Source: Octopus sinensis (taxonomy: Eukaryota). From it: a stretch of 64,000 nt of DNA. The position numbers were made by a program, and so were the translations under genes. Within the stretch, counting starts at the first letter, position 1, and each line of letters begins with the position of its first letter. Below, one piece after another: positions 1 through 13,289 of this stretch. Under the pieces are notes generated by a model, which was not told where the DNA came from, did not search any database, and was given only the letters and a program-made list of their open reading frames with translations. The stretch is taken from assembly GCF_006345805.1 (NCBI RefSeq), contig NC_043004.1, forward strand, positions 92,442,001 through 92,506,000. Reading direction: 5' to 3'.

Positions 1-195
1 ATATATATAATCAAAGTTTGTGCATATACCTAGTAATATGCTGATTAAAGCAGTTTCACTGTCTATGGCTACCTGATGTTATTCCCAGTTTTGGCATAGG
101 TGTAACTGGATCTACCTCAGGATTTCTACAATGATTATTGGTTGAGTATATAACAAATGCGGTAAACAGTCCATTCTCCGTTTTCATCATTTGTT

Positions 196-470
<275 letters not shown>

Positions 471-505
471 ACGTACTCGCATACTTACATACATACATAC
501 ATACT

Positions 506-800
506 TGTGGAGCCTAGTGGTTAGAGTAGCGAACTCGCGGTCGAGGGATCGGGGGTTCGAATCTCAGACCAGGCGATGTGTGTGTTTATGAGCGAAACAC
601 TTAAGCTCCACGAGGCTCCAGCAGAAGGTAATGGCGAACTTCTGCTGACTCTTTCGCCACAACTTTCTCTCACTCTTTCCTCCTGCATCTTGCAGCTCAC
701 CTGCGACGGACCGGCGTCCCGTCCAGGTGCGGAACCTATACGCCAAAGAAACCGGGAAACCGGCCCTTATGAGCCAGGCATGGCTCGAGAAGGAACAAAA
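506..800 (+). mobile_element. tRNA-derived SINE (head/core D + V-like tail)
   Basis: A-box-like tagtggttag and B-box ggttcgaatct; core shared with 47032-47424; tail cgacggaccggcgtcccgtccag...gaaaccgggaaac shared with 1742-1990 and 53834-54065. Confidence 0.85.
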
Positions 801-1499
801 AGAAAAAATACATACATACTTACATGCGTGTGTGTGTCTGTCTGTCTGTGTACTTCGATGCTGTCGACTTGTTCGATTGGAGCTCAGAGTTCCCCAGCAC
901 ACGGTGCTCATCGTCAGACAGGTGTCAAACAGCTGTGTTTTTTTTCTAACTGCTCGAAGGATAAAAGCTTTGGATAACAAAGAGAATCTTAGGTTTCGGA
1001 TAAAATAGATATATTTTGCTACTTGTATAATGTTGTCCTTTGTGAGTGTCATACTGTCATATTTTCAATAAAAATGCACTCATTGAGTGCTGTTTGCTTT
1101 TATTAAGCGATTGATTTATGAAAAATTAAAGGAACAACAACGGTTTCGCATTAAGGCTCTTATGAATCAAATACAAAAAAGAACAGCACACACACAAAGG
1201 CTCACACCCACACACATACATAGACACATGCACACGCACATACACATACATACATACATACATACATACATACATACATACATACATACATACATACAAA
1301 AATACCCTGTTGTTGATGTTCAAATTGCAATGAAGGAACATTGGATCTACATTAGAAACCGGCCCTTTCTTTATTGACAAGAATCTTGAAATAAAACTGA
1401 ACAATGACATATATGCATACATATCCAGATTCATTATTTAAAAGATTGACCCAGCCTCGTCTCGTGCAACGTAAACTTTCGTAGGCTATTTACAGAAAA

Positions 1500-1607
1500 T
1501 TTACCCTCCTTCTTTCCTTCTTTCCTGAGCGTCCAATAATACTATACTTGTTCCACGTCCTCGCGTTGTTGTGTTTTCCCTCTGTGTTTTCGTGTTTGGA
1601 TTAACTA
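1500..1607 (+). mobile_element. 3' part of TA-associated short element (family of 58892-59108)
   Basis: Near-identical to 59005-59108 (ccttctttc...gcgtccaataa...tttggattaactata). Confidence 0.8.
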
Positions 1608-1614
1608 TATATAT

Positions 1615-1657
<43 letters not shown>

Positions 1658-1673
1658 TAGATACACACACACG

Positions 1674-1741
<68 letters not shown>

Positions 1742-1745
<4 letters not shown>

Positions 1746-1990
1746 GGCATGTGGCTTAGTTGTTAGGGTATCAGCATCATGATCGTAAGAGTGTGGTTTC
1801 GATTCCTGGACCGGGCGACGAGTTGTGTTCTTGAGAAAAACACTTCATTTTACGTTGCTCCAGTTCACTCAGCTGACTAAAATGAGTAACGCTGCGATGG
1901 ACTGGCTTCCCGTCCAGATGGGGAACACATTCGCCATTGAAACCGGGAAACTGGACCCATAGGCCTGGCTAGGCTTTAAAGGGGCCCGTT
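1742..1990 (+). mobile_element. tRNA-derived SINE (head/core C + V-like tail)
   Basis: tggcttagttgttaggg...ggtttcgattcc head, ttgtgttcttgag...cacttcattttacgttgctccag core, cgatggactggcttcccgtccag tail. Confidence 0.8.
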
Positions 1991-2035
1991 TATTTTATTT
2001 TATTACTATTATAATATTGTTTATGTATATATATA

Positions 2036-2066
<31 letters not shown>

Positions 2067-2157
2067 ATATAATATATATATATAACATTATATAATTAGG
2101 GCTTAGTAAAATAAATTACTTTGCCACATACTGTGAAAGAGTACATATATATATACT

Positions 2158-2612
2158 GTGACCCCGCTCGGTCATGAATGACCATGGGATTATACCAAAA
2201 AGGTTACCCTTCGAGGCACAAGTCGCCCACGCATACCAGCCTCCCCTCTCCACGTCACCGATGTTATCCAAGGGAAAGGCAAAAGCCGATACCGCTGGGC
2301 AGCAGTGACGTCGCAGCTCATTTATTAATGTGCAAGTGGCTGAGCACTCTACAGACGCGTTCACCCTTAACGTAGTTCTCGGGGAGATTCAGCATGACAC
2401 AGAGTGTGACAAGGCTGGCCCTTTGAAACACAGGTACAACAGAAACAGGAAGAAAGAGTGAGAGAAAGTTGTGGTGAAAGAGTACAGCGGGGTTTGCCAC
2501 CAACCCTGCCGGAGCCTCGTTTTCGCTCAATAAACACTCACAATGGGAATCGAAACCGCTATCCTACGACCGTGAGTCCGCTGCCCTAACCACTGGGCCA
2601 TTGCGTCTCCAC
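2158..2612 (-). mobile_element. Chimeric SINE: D head/core/partial tail fused to the CR1-derived C tail
   Basis: 2325-2612 matches 47110-47424; 2158-2320 matches the reverse complement of 3735-3930 with an internal deletion. Confidence 0.8.
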
Positions 2613-2645
2613 TATATATATGTTTATATATATAGTGGAGGCGCA

Positions 2646-2679
<34 letters not shown>

Positions 2680-2697
2680 AATATATTTACATTTACG

Positions 2698-2739
<42 letters not shown>

Positions 2740-2829
2740 ATATATATATATTATATATAATATATATATATATATATATACATATATATGTGTATGTATA
2801 TGCATGTGGTGCTCACAGAGTGGAGGGAC

Positions 2830-3598
2830 AGTATTTATATGAATTTATTATATTGACGCAACTTTCTTCGAGTTTATTTGTTATTAATGGTTTTCATATT
2901 TTCTTGTAATTCTTTTATGTTTAGTATAGAATTATAACAGTTCATAATTTATAAACGCTTGAAGACCTCGATCACATTTTTGGAACGAATTGATGATAGC
3001 GTCTCGTTATTACTATGTTTTGTATGTGAATGTTCATCTTTTGTCATCCTTTTAGGTGTGTAATAGGTTGCATAGTTTCGTAGGAGTTATTATGTAACTA
3101 AGTGTTATTTAAAATTATTTAACAATTAATTTCAAGGTTACTTTCATTGCTTCTTTCCTAATTGCTGTATGCTTGTGTTGATTTTTCGTTTGTATTTTGC
3201 TATAAATAAAGCTTCCATTGTTAATCTTCTCAACCGCTTTCTTCCCTGTAATTAACTTCTTCACTTGTCTTTCAACTTCAATTATACTTTCACCTGAACA
3301 GCCAAATAAGAATTGGCACAACCTTCGTGTTGTACCCTCCCTTCTTCTATATATTTCACGGGGTAACTATCGTTATTTTTTCAGTGTCTCTAGCTGTTTT
3401 TCTTGGGAGAATTTGTACCAACAATCCATAAAAGCTACTTTGTGTGGCAAGTTTCTAAAATTAAAGCTTATCTCCTGGCATTGCTAGATTTTTATTGCAT
3501 TCAAAGTATGTTACCCTTATCCCATTAGTAAGCACCGATTTTTGATAAACCAATTCCCCTAAATTTAACTATACAATACCCATCAATTTATATATCTA
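2830..3598 (-). pseudogene. Possible highly decayed PLE reverse transcriptase region
   Basis: Only weak motif remnants on the minus strand (SKNVIEVFK, resembling PLE ..VIEWFK); many stops. Confidence 0.25.
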
Positions 3599-3606
3599 TA
3601 GTTTTC

Positions 3607-3939
3607 GGCTCAGTGGTTAGAGTGTCGAGCTTACGATCGTGAGGTTGTGAGCTCGAATCCCGGACCGGGCTGCGTGTTGTGTTCTTGAGCAAGGCACTTT
3701 ATTTCACGTTGCTCCAGTTCACTCAACTGTAGAAATGAGTTGCGACGTCACTGGTGCCAAGCTGTATCGACCTTTGTCTTTCCCTTGGATAACACTGGTG
3801 GCGTGGAGAGGGGAGGCTGGTATGCATGGGCGACTGCTGGTCTTCCATAAACCACCTTGCCCGGACTTGTGTCTAGGAGGGTAACTTTCTAGGTGCAATC
3901 CCATGGTCATTCATGACCGAAGGGGGTCTTTACCCCCTT
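3607..3939 (+). mobile_element. Full-length SINE family C with CR1-type tail, 8-bp TSD
   Basis: ggctcagtggttagag...tcgaatcc tRNA-like head; flanking direct repeat tagttttc at 3599-3606 and 3940-3947; second copy at 49685-49995. Confidence 0.9.
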
Positions 3940-4322
3940 TAGTTTTCACATACTCAATCCAAATAATATTTTACACTCGGAAATCAGATTATGTTGAACC
4001 AATCTTTGGATTTCAAGCTTCCAAGATTAATTGAAGTAACAAGTAATACGTAGTATGTAGCATCGATGCCGTCGACTGCACGTTTCCCTCGCAAAAAAAA
4101 AAGATGCTTGGGGTGTTTTCACTGAATTCGACAATGCGTTCTGGCACTTGATATTCTGAGTTCACATCTAACGGAATTGAAACTTGCCATTCATCCATTA
4201 GCGAGTCGATAAAAAGAAATACCAGTCAAGAATAGGAGCTGATTTAATCGTTTACTTCTTCCCACGAGTTCAAGGTGTTGGGGGGACTAATTAACAACAA
4301 TTGTCGCTGTTGTTTTTATTGC

Positions 4323-4572
4323 TCTTCTTCTTCTTCTTCTTCTTCTTCTTCTTCTTCTTCTTCTTCTTCTTCTTCCTCTATTTCTTCTTCATCTATTTCT
4401 TCTTCTTTCTTCTTCTTTCTTTTTCTTCTTTCTTCTTTCTTCTTTCTTCTTTCTTCTTTTCTTCTTCTTCTTTTTCTTCTTTTTCTTCTTCTTCTTCTTC
4501 TTTTTTCTTCTTCTTTTTCTTCTTTCTTCTTCTTCTTCTTCTTCTTCTTCTTCTTCTTCTTCTTCTTCTTCT
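4323..4572. repeat. (TTC)n microsatellite
   Basis: Direct reading. Confidence 0.95.
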
Positions 4573-4777
4573 ATAAATATATATTGTATAAAACAACATG
4601 AATGTAGATTATATTACGACTCGCTGCAGAAAAGTGAAACCCAAACAACGTTTACCAACTGCCCATCAAATTGCGGGACAGGAAATGTGACACTTGAATA
4701 TCTTATAATGTTGCACGCACACAGACAAAATAGGCATACTCAATATACACACTAACACACACACACATACACATACA

Positions 4778-4829
<52 letters not shown>

Positions 4830-4884
4830 AACACACACACAGACACATATATATGTATTTATGTGTGTATATATATATATATAT

Positions 4885-4988
4885 AGTAAATCCCCAAAAC
4901 AAAGAACAGACACAAAAAAAAACACAAAGAGGTACATGCAAAAGTATTAGGAGACACTCAAGGAAGGAAGAAAGATGGTTTTACGTTT
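4885..4988 (-). mobile_element. Partial TA-associated element (family of 58892-59108)
   Basis: Reverse complement resembles 58995-59108 and begins aaacgtaaaacc. Confidence 0.65.
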
Positions 4989-5079
4989 GCCTGTCTGTCT
5001 GTCCGTCCATTCGTAAGTCTTCATAAATAGACATTCATATATACATATGAGTGTGTATATATATGTGTGTATATATATA

Positions 5080-5121
<42 letters not shown>

Positions 5122-5136
5122 CATATATATATATTA

Positions 5137-5351
5137 CGGAGATGTACTTGCATAGCAAATGACCTGATCTGAGATCGTGTGCTGAAACAAAAACAATTGT
5201 AGCGTGGAAGATGTTTATTAGCCATTTAAAAACACACAAAATCCGTTAGATTCACTTCAACTTTTAAATTTAATTTGCCAAAATATTTTCGTCGCATTGA
5301 GACCGCGACCTGATCACTGACAAAATTCCATGCAGCACGGAATTTTGTCAG
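5137..5351 (-). mobile_element. Short TA-adjacent element with hammerhead fold and terminal fold-back (PLE pLTR/retrozyme-like)
   Basis: Abuts (TA)n; hairpin ctgacaaaattcc...ggaattttgtcag at 5318-5351; hammerhead fold at 5274-5324. Confidence 0.65.
5274..5324 (-). ncRNA. Minimal type I hammerhead ribozyme, G3:C8 core variant
   Basis: Minus strand: UUUGUCA-GUGAUCA-G-GUCGC(GGUCUCAAU)GCGAC-GAAA-AUAU-UU-UGGCAAA; helix I, helix II and a palindromic helix III all form. Confidence 0.65.
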
Positions 5352-5599
5352 AGAGAGAGAGGGGGGGATTGATAATGATGATGACGAGCAGGAGGAGGAG
5401 AAGGAGGAGCAGGAGAGAGAATACAGCTTAAACAACAAAGCAGATATTCAAATATAGCAGAAAAGTTTTGCCAGAATGGATGACACAAGTTAAAGTTATC
5501 TCTTTGATGTAAATACCGCAATGAAAGCAACGCAACTGATACTTTTAAACTAGTAGCATGAATCCATTAATAACGTGAACCTAACAGCTAGAATTGCTA

Positions 5600-5930
5600 A
5601 TAGTATATATATAAATAGATATGTGTATTGCCAGGGGAAAGGATGTTGAAAGATGTGTAGGAACAATCACTGATAGAAAATTAACACTCCAAGATTGAGA
5701 AGACATACAAATCTTGTAATGATCGATTATAAAAAGGCCTGTAGCCTGATTCTTCATTCATGGATAATAGAATTCTCAAAGATGACAGGGATAGAACAGA
5801 AAACATGTTGCTTTTTTCAGAGTAGTAATCAATAGGAGAGCAATGTCATTCAAGGGTAGATGCAGAGAATATTAAAATCACCAGAGGAGTACTTCAAGGT
5901 AACGGATTGGTTCCTTTATTGTTTCTTTCT
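5600..5930 (+). pseudogene. Decayed R4/Dong-type non-LTR RT fragment
   Basis: Translated remnants IDYKKA, HSWIIE, IKITRGVLQGNGLVPLLF (cf. IDYKKAYDSVPHSW, RGIFQGDSLSPLLF). Confidence 0.7.
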
Positions 5931-6474
5931 TATAAGCAGGATACCTTGAGCTTTGCTACTAATATTGGTTTATAGCACAGAAATGTGGTGTTAAATCTGG
6001 GGTTAATAAACCTACAGTAGTTCATTGGAACATTTCACTAGGTAAAGGTATTTTGTGAGGGAGAACGTGACTTGCTGTTTAAGATGTTAGCTTCATGATC
6101 TTAACGCTGGTTTTGATAACTGGATCGGGTGAAGCGTTGTGTTTTTTTATCAAGTTACTTCATTTCACGTTGCTCTATTTCACTCACCTGGTAAAACAAC
6201 GAGTAATATGGTGAAGAATCGATAGACCTAGCTGACAAGATGATGGACTGCGTATCTGCCTAGATAACGAATAAAAGGGAACTTTCGACTGACGGGCCAT
6301 CAGCCCACCTTGGCGTTGAGCATTACCTTTTAATTGGTGTTTTGATTTCCGTAGTCCCCGGGTAGTTATTTAACAACTCAGGGAGGATAACAGGCTACGT
6401 GTACCTCAGCAGATTTTAAGCTTTGAATGTAAAGGGATGTAACTAAATACCGAAAAACATTTATGATAATAGTG

Positions 6475-6519
<45 letters not shown>

Positions 6520-6521
6520 GC

Positions 6522-6740
6522 AATGGTTTCAAATTTTGACACTCGGTCCACAATTTCAGGTGAGAGGGGCTTGTTGATTACATCAACCCTAGTATTTGAC
6601 TGGTACTTATTGTATCGACCCCAAAACGATGAAAGGTAAAGTGGACCTCGGCGAAATTTGAACCCAGAACGTGAAGATGGACGAAATACCGCTAAGCATT
6701 TTTCTCAGTGTAGTAACGATTCTGTCAGCGCGCCGCCTTT
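6522..6740 (-). mobile_element. SINE family B (Nin/Deu-domain-like)
   Basis: Minus strand reads aaggcggcg...ttcaaatttcgccgaggtccactttacctttcatc...ggggtcgataca; matches 49279-49510. Confidence 0.8.
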
Positions 6741-7621
6741 GTAATGATAATAATAAAATAATCTGGCGGGCTTGTAGCCTCGTCTCTGTTTCGTAGATAC
6801 TTTGCTTTGATGCTATTTTTCATATATTGTATATTTGTATATTTGTAATCCCCGCAGTGCCAACGCTTGTAACTAACAGACCAATGTCCTTTGTAAGTAC
6901 ATTTTTAGACTGAGCAGCTGTACATAAGACTCAAAGCCTTACTCCTAACCCCTTAAATGTAATAATTGCCAAACAAATATGCCTGCCTTACAGTTAAACA
7001 GCGTCTCTCTTTATGCATCCGTAACTCCTGTGTTAGGACATTGACATTATCGTTATTTTTTTCCATTTCTTTGTAAACCAAATTATGTTTGTTATTTTAC
7101 TGATGTCTAGAGAAACTCCGTTTTCTATAACTTTCAAAGACCTTTTCGGTTGCTCTTCTGACTGTTGTTGTTTATTTAGCCACTGGTCACTTTTGATCGA
7201 ATAGACCATTTCTTTTCTGGGTTTTTTTTTGGTTTTTTTTTTGTTATTCTGAGCCATATTAACAAGAGAATTGTGTAAAACATTGTCGTACATCAAAATA
7301 TCAATTGTGCACCAAATATCCTGAATAACATCACCAGGATGTTTGTGCCAGCTTGCGGCTGTCTTCAGATCTGACCTGGCTCTGAAGCAAAATATTACTT
7401 TTTGAAAACATAACGGTGTTTAAGCATATATTACATCAACATAATTGATTTTCATCCTACTTTCTCTCTCCCCGTTTCAATCTATTTACTCTGTGTGTGT
7501 GTGTCTCTCTCTCTCTCTGCATTTTTCTTTCACTCGCTCGCTCATTCTCTCTCTCTCTCTCTTCCTTCTGTCTCTCCCCTCACTTTCTCTTCTTTCTGTG
7601 TCTTCTCTCTTTCTTTTTTCT

Positions 7622-7657
<36 letters not shown>

Positions 7658-8064
7658 CACACACACACACACACCACACACACACACACACACACGCAAA
7701 CACACATATATATAAAGAGAAAGACAACGAGAGATTGATATATATATAGAGAGAGAGATTGAGAGAAAGCTCACAATGCATATATCTATATCTACATATG
7801 TCTGTGCGAAAATCTGATTATATATATTGTTTACGTATAGACTGATGTGTGTGTATGCGTCTTTGTGGCAATGTAATACTGTATTACTAAATGTGTTTAT
7901 ATATTTCAAAGTTAACATATTAATGGAGGTTTTATCTAACTTTGTGAAAATGATATCTGTTTACTTTGCTTACACATTATATGTGTACACACTCATTCAA
8001 AGGCATGCATATATATGCATTATATATATATATACATATACATATGCACACACATATATATAAG

Positions 8065-8097
<33 letters not shown>

Positions 8098-8152
8098 TAT
8101 ATGCATTAATTTTTTATATATTCATTCATTTATATTTAAATATATGTGAATG

Positions 8153-8198
<46 letters not shown>

Positions 8199-8299
8199 GT
8201 ATCTGTGCGCATGCGTATGTGTGTTTGTGTGTGGAAGAACAAAGGACCGACAGGAAAGAATATAAAGATATGTCTGAGAGAAAAAAAGGAAAACCCAAG

Positions 8300-8331
<32 letters not shown>

Positions 8332-9560
8332 AACACACACACGCGAAGGCACACACACAAGCATACATACACATATTGCAAAAATCAACACACAGATACA
8401 AAAACACATATACTCATATACACAAATTTCCACACATGTACATACACATTAGAGAAAGACCTGAAGCTTGCTTGGCATTAGGTAGTGTTGGAAATTTAAT
8501 TGAAAAATGAAAAGAGAAATTTTCACAAACGTTTAGACATACGTATATGCCCGCATACACCTGTATTTTATAGCTGTATTTATGTTCGTGCGCATATTTA
8601 TATATATATATATATATATATATTATACAGATAGGTAAAAAAAACAGACAGACGAGCGGACTGTCAGACAGACAAGCAGACAGAAAGACAGACAGATAGA
8701 AAGACGGACAGACAGACAGATGACAGATAGATAGATAGAAAGATAGATAGATACATACATACATACATACATACATACATACATACATACATACATACAT
8801 ACATACATACATACATACATACATAGATATTTTGTGGCAGTTGCAAACATTTCACAAACTATAACTCAGTGGTTCTCTTAACCGATCATCAGGTAGTTAA
8901 GAGTGTGTTTGCGAAACCAAGCAAACACTCATAACTTTTTCTTCGTTGATTTATAAATGATGATCATGGCAGCGTTCACTTTCTGGGTCTACAGGTTGAA
9001 AATAGAGGAAATAGAATCCAGTTGTTTCTCTAATCATACACTACACATTCTCGAATACAGTCTTAAAGAAACTATATTGACAGAATCTCGCCTTAAGCAA
9101 AAAAAAAATATCACAAGTTTTTTTTATATAGTAAAATAACACATCAACAAAGCCGTAAGTCAATGATCGAGCTTCTACGTAGTCACACAGCCTGCTAGAA
9201 GTAGCAAGCAACTATCCAGCCAGTGTAAAACATTAAGAAGAATTGGATAGTTTTATTCTAAATACAATATGTCTGAATTAATGTTAAAATGAGAACGACT
9301 AAATCAGAACTGACCTGGGACTGACTTAATAACAACAGCTAGCTCAATATTCTTCTTTCAATAGAACTTACACCAAATGTCCTCAGTCAATGAGTCCTTA
9401 TAGTAAAGTAGATGTTAATATAATTTATGCAGCAAGCCCATAGCTTTTAAATGAATTATAGCAAATCTTTAGTGATGAGAACAATTATTATATTAATGAC
9501 TAATTCAGGTCAATAGAGACAACGAAGACAACTTGAAATTTAAATCTATTAAAATTAGTT

Positions 9561-9743
9561 AGGCGCAGGAGTGGCTATGTGGTAAGTAGCTTGTTTACCA
9601 ACCACATGGTTCCGGGTTCAGTCCCACTGCGTGGCACCTTGGGCAAGTGTCTTCTACTATAGTCTTGAGCCGACCAAAGCATTGTGAGTGGATTTGGTAG
9701 ACGGAAACTGAAAGAAGCCCGTCGTATATATGTATATATATAT

Positions 9744-9776
<33 letters not shown>

Positions 9777-9995
9777 GCGTGTGTGTTTGTGCGTCTGTGT
9801 TTGTTCCCCTAGCATTGCTTGACAACCGATGCTGGTGTGTTTATGTCCCCGTTACTTAGCGGTTCGGCAAAGGAGACCAATAGAATAAGTACTGGGCTTA
9901 CAAAAGAATGAGTCCCGGGGTCGAGTTGCTCGATTAAAGGCGGTGCTCCAGCATGGCCGCAGTCAAATGACTGAAACAAGTAAAAGAGTAAAGAG
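9561..9995 (+). mobile_element. SINE family A (CORE-like ccttgggcaagt) with internal TA/TG microsatellite
   Basis: Highly similar to 20481-20875, 41472-41914 and 47592-47972; ends in gtaaaagagtaaaga. Confidence 0.9.
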
Positions 9996-10482
9996 ATATA
10001 GGATGCAGTGGAAAGTGAGCCTGATGCTAGCACTGTTTTACTAAAAATTGTTCATGTAATAGGCACCCCTTGATATTTTTCTCATTAATTATTTTTCTAC
10101 CTATAGCTGATCCTTTACCTAAATCGCAAAGACCTGTATACAAACCATTTTCTCCAGTTTCTGCAATATTAATGAGATGATGGTCATAACTATCAACCAC
10201 CACTTTCCCTCATGAACTGGTAAGAGACAGACTCTGGGAGGGTTTGATCCCCAAATCACACTGTATGTTACAACCGTGAACTTTCAACTCTATCGAAAGT
10301 TGCGGTCTCAAAGCAAAGTAAGCTCTTCCTCTTGGAAGACGATACTGCAGGCCAACGACTTGACGCCATATCATGGTGGTGGTGGTGGTGGTGGTGCTAT
10401 TGTCATTTTTGCTTTGTCCAAGACTGACTCTGGTTCAAGACACCTATGATCAAATGTGTTTCAGTCCTAACCTTTCCATCTT

Positions 10483-10542
<60 letters not shown>

Positions 10543-10544
10543 AT

Positions 10545-10905
10545 ATGATAGAGACGGCAGATGGAAGATACTAGAATGTTTATTGATCACTACAATTGTT
10601 TCCACCCATCTGGCATCGATCCCTCACGGGTGAGATACCGAATATCTGGCTTAGGTGTATCTGTCGGTGTGGATGTGTCTCCTCAGGTGATGACACAGTG
10701 TATATCATTAACATAATGTCTATTCCGCTGGGTTTCTTCTAGGTATTTGAATACAAAAGCAGCAAATTAAGGGATACAGCTTCATTATCATAGAAGATCA
10801 ATAACAAATATCAGATGCAACAAGAGACAAATACCCAACGAACACTGCGAAAGGGGACCGGTAAATTACCAGATGTATACCATACGATTTATTAGCTAAT
10901 AATAA
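10545..10905 (-). mobile_element. TA-adjacent pLTR-like element nested in a family-E repeat
   Basis: Separates family-E pieces at 10390-10482 and 10915-11020; hammerhead fold followed by AATAAA on the minus strand. Confidence 0.55.
10586..10691 (-). ncRNA. Type I hammerhead ribozyme relic with long helix II insert
   Basis: AUCAC-CUGAGGA-GACACAUC...GAUGGGUG-GAAA-CAAUUG-UA-GUGAU; two mismatches in helix II. Confidence 0.6.
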
Positions 10906-11889
10906 TAATGGAAAAGTGCCCTTCCATGTTTTAAGACGGTAAGATGTAATTTTTGAAAGAGGAGATTTTGCTATTATTTCTAGCAGGCTGAGCGACCACA
11001 CAGAAGATCCCTAATTTAGCTCAATGATGTAATATGGTGTGGCGTGTTGTGGTGTGATATGTAGTGTGACTTGGCGAGTTGTGGTAAGGTCGGTGTGTTT
11101 TGGTGAGATGTGGCATGGTGGGGTGTGATGTGCATGGCGTGTTGAGAGTCAGACCAAATATGGTTAAAGTCCAGCAATGATGAGATAAGAATCTATAATA
11201 AACAGCATCATGCCAAAACTGTTTGTAGCGAAGCCAGCGGACAGATTGTGTGTATGTGATTATAGAATATATATGTAATCCAATGCACTACACTGGTTAA
11301 TTTCTTGAGCCTCTCGAGTCGAGTGGAAACCTCTGAAGCCATAGCAGTTTAATGACGTGGTTCAACTCAAGAATAACTTCGAGGTGGTTTATCACTGCAT
11401 CCAGGAAGCTTAAGGGTTTATATCCTATGAACAGCACTAAACAATGATCCTAATGAGGCTACTTAAAATACTAAAATGACAAGAGCAGTTTGCCTATGAA
11501 CATGAAGTCCAATGAAATATTTTATTAAGCATTTAAATAAGTTGCCAGTCTAGAGTTTCATTTCACCTAACGCTCTATCTAGTAACATATAGGTACGATG
11601 TAGAGGTTCAGGTCATTATCTTTGTGTACAATGTTTATATACAGTCCAAATAGCAGCGTATATATGTTAACTGTTCATAGGTATGAAGTGAAGTTAAAGT
11701 CTATAGGAGCTGTAAATAGGTATCATGTATATGCATAGTCTACCTACCAGCAAATATATGTACCATTAAACTGTAATGTACACCTACCTGTAATTAAGTA
11801 TTAATGAGTACCTTATGGAGATGCAGTTTATTATTATAAAGAAGTATCACGAGGAAGAAAAATTTCGTTCGTCCAACAGAATAAGTATC

Positions 11890-12500
11890 CTTACCATATT
11901 CCCCTCTCGAAATCACATCACGGGTTTTAATCATTACATCCAGCCACTGCGATACTCATGAACACAAGTTTCAGGACACACGATTCAACGACAGTAAGAC
12001 GACAGCAAGTCTCCACAAACCATTCAAATTTCCATCGATATCAGCAATTTTTTGTTCACTCTATTCTCAAACTGCACGACGCCTTATTCGGAAATAACAT
12101 AAAGGGCTGGCTTAGAAATTACCACCCGTCAAGTTACAAGACCTGTGTGATTTAGGCTACTCCTAGAATTTATAATTTCCTAAATGTAATGGCACAAGGA
12201 TCAATACTCTTACTCAGTACCTTCAGTATTTGCCCACACCCCATCAAAACATACGCAGTCTCATACGCAGATGATGTTACATCAACATCCTCTCTCTACT
12301 CTCCAGACACATATGCATAACTTATGCAGTATTGTTGAAATCACATAGAAACCTGAATTGAAGCAGCACTTACTAAATCCAATCTCACTTCTTACTAGCA
12401 GCACAAGAGAACATCGAATGCAACTGGCATTATACAAGGCCAGTGACTAAAAACAATAAGAGTTAAACACAAAAAATCCCTAATATTCACAATACATAGT
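11890..12500 (+). pseudogene. Decayed non-LTR retrotransposon RT
   Basis: Remnants SIDIS, NNIKGWLRNY, AQGSIL and VSYADDVT in the expected RT order. Confidence 0.7.
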
Positions 12501-12689
12501 AAAAAAAGCAAAACAATCTACAAATACAGCGCGTTCCCTCGAACCACATTATAAGATTCAAGACGAATCTTCACTCCTCCCGTGGATTAAACTTCAGTCT
12601 ATAACAAAGAAGCAAACTTCTACCGCTGGGAAAAAATCGAAACAACGGATGTCACAGCATGGAGCAGGTATTTCTGAACAACACTGAAG

Positions 12690-13200
12690 TATCTTTATTA
12701 TAAGTAGGTAAGCAGTTGCCACCATGTCGTTTGTATCTAGTAATTTTATGTGGGTGAGCTGTTACCACCATGCTGTTTCTACTTACTTGCCAATGAACTG
12801 TTTAAACTTTGTGAGGTACTTGCCTACATCTAGGTGAGGTACTACTAAAACGATGTGCTTCATTTAAATTCAGGTGATCTGTTACCATAATGAGGTACCT
12901 ATTTATATGGAGATGAGCTGTTAAAACTAGAAAAATCACTTCCTACTTAAATATAGGTGAGCAATGACAACTTTCAGGTGATTTCAGTTTTGGTGGACCT
13001 TAATGAGATACTTACCGTTAAGAGATGAGATGCTACCACAGTTGGGAGTCTACTTATACCTGGATGAGCTATTGCTATCCTGAGGTGATCTTTTACAATA
13101 TGGGCTAACGATTTAAGTAACCTAAAGTACTTATTTACATTTTCTTCAGATCTTAATAAGTAAAAGTACCACATTGTATCTAGGTGATATGTTAATATTT
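12690..13200. repeat. Degenerate ~40-bp minisatellite
   Basis: Recurrent ggtgagctgttacca / tgaggtact / tctaggtga motifs. Confidence 0.6.
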
Positions 13201-13289
13201 TATATCGCCTATTTTTATCAGTGGACAGTTAAATATCTTGATTGATACATCACAACATTGGTGCTTATATGCAGAGCATTTGCACATCC

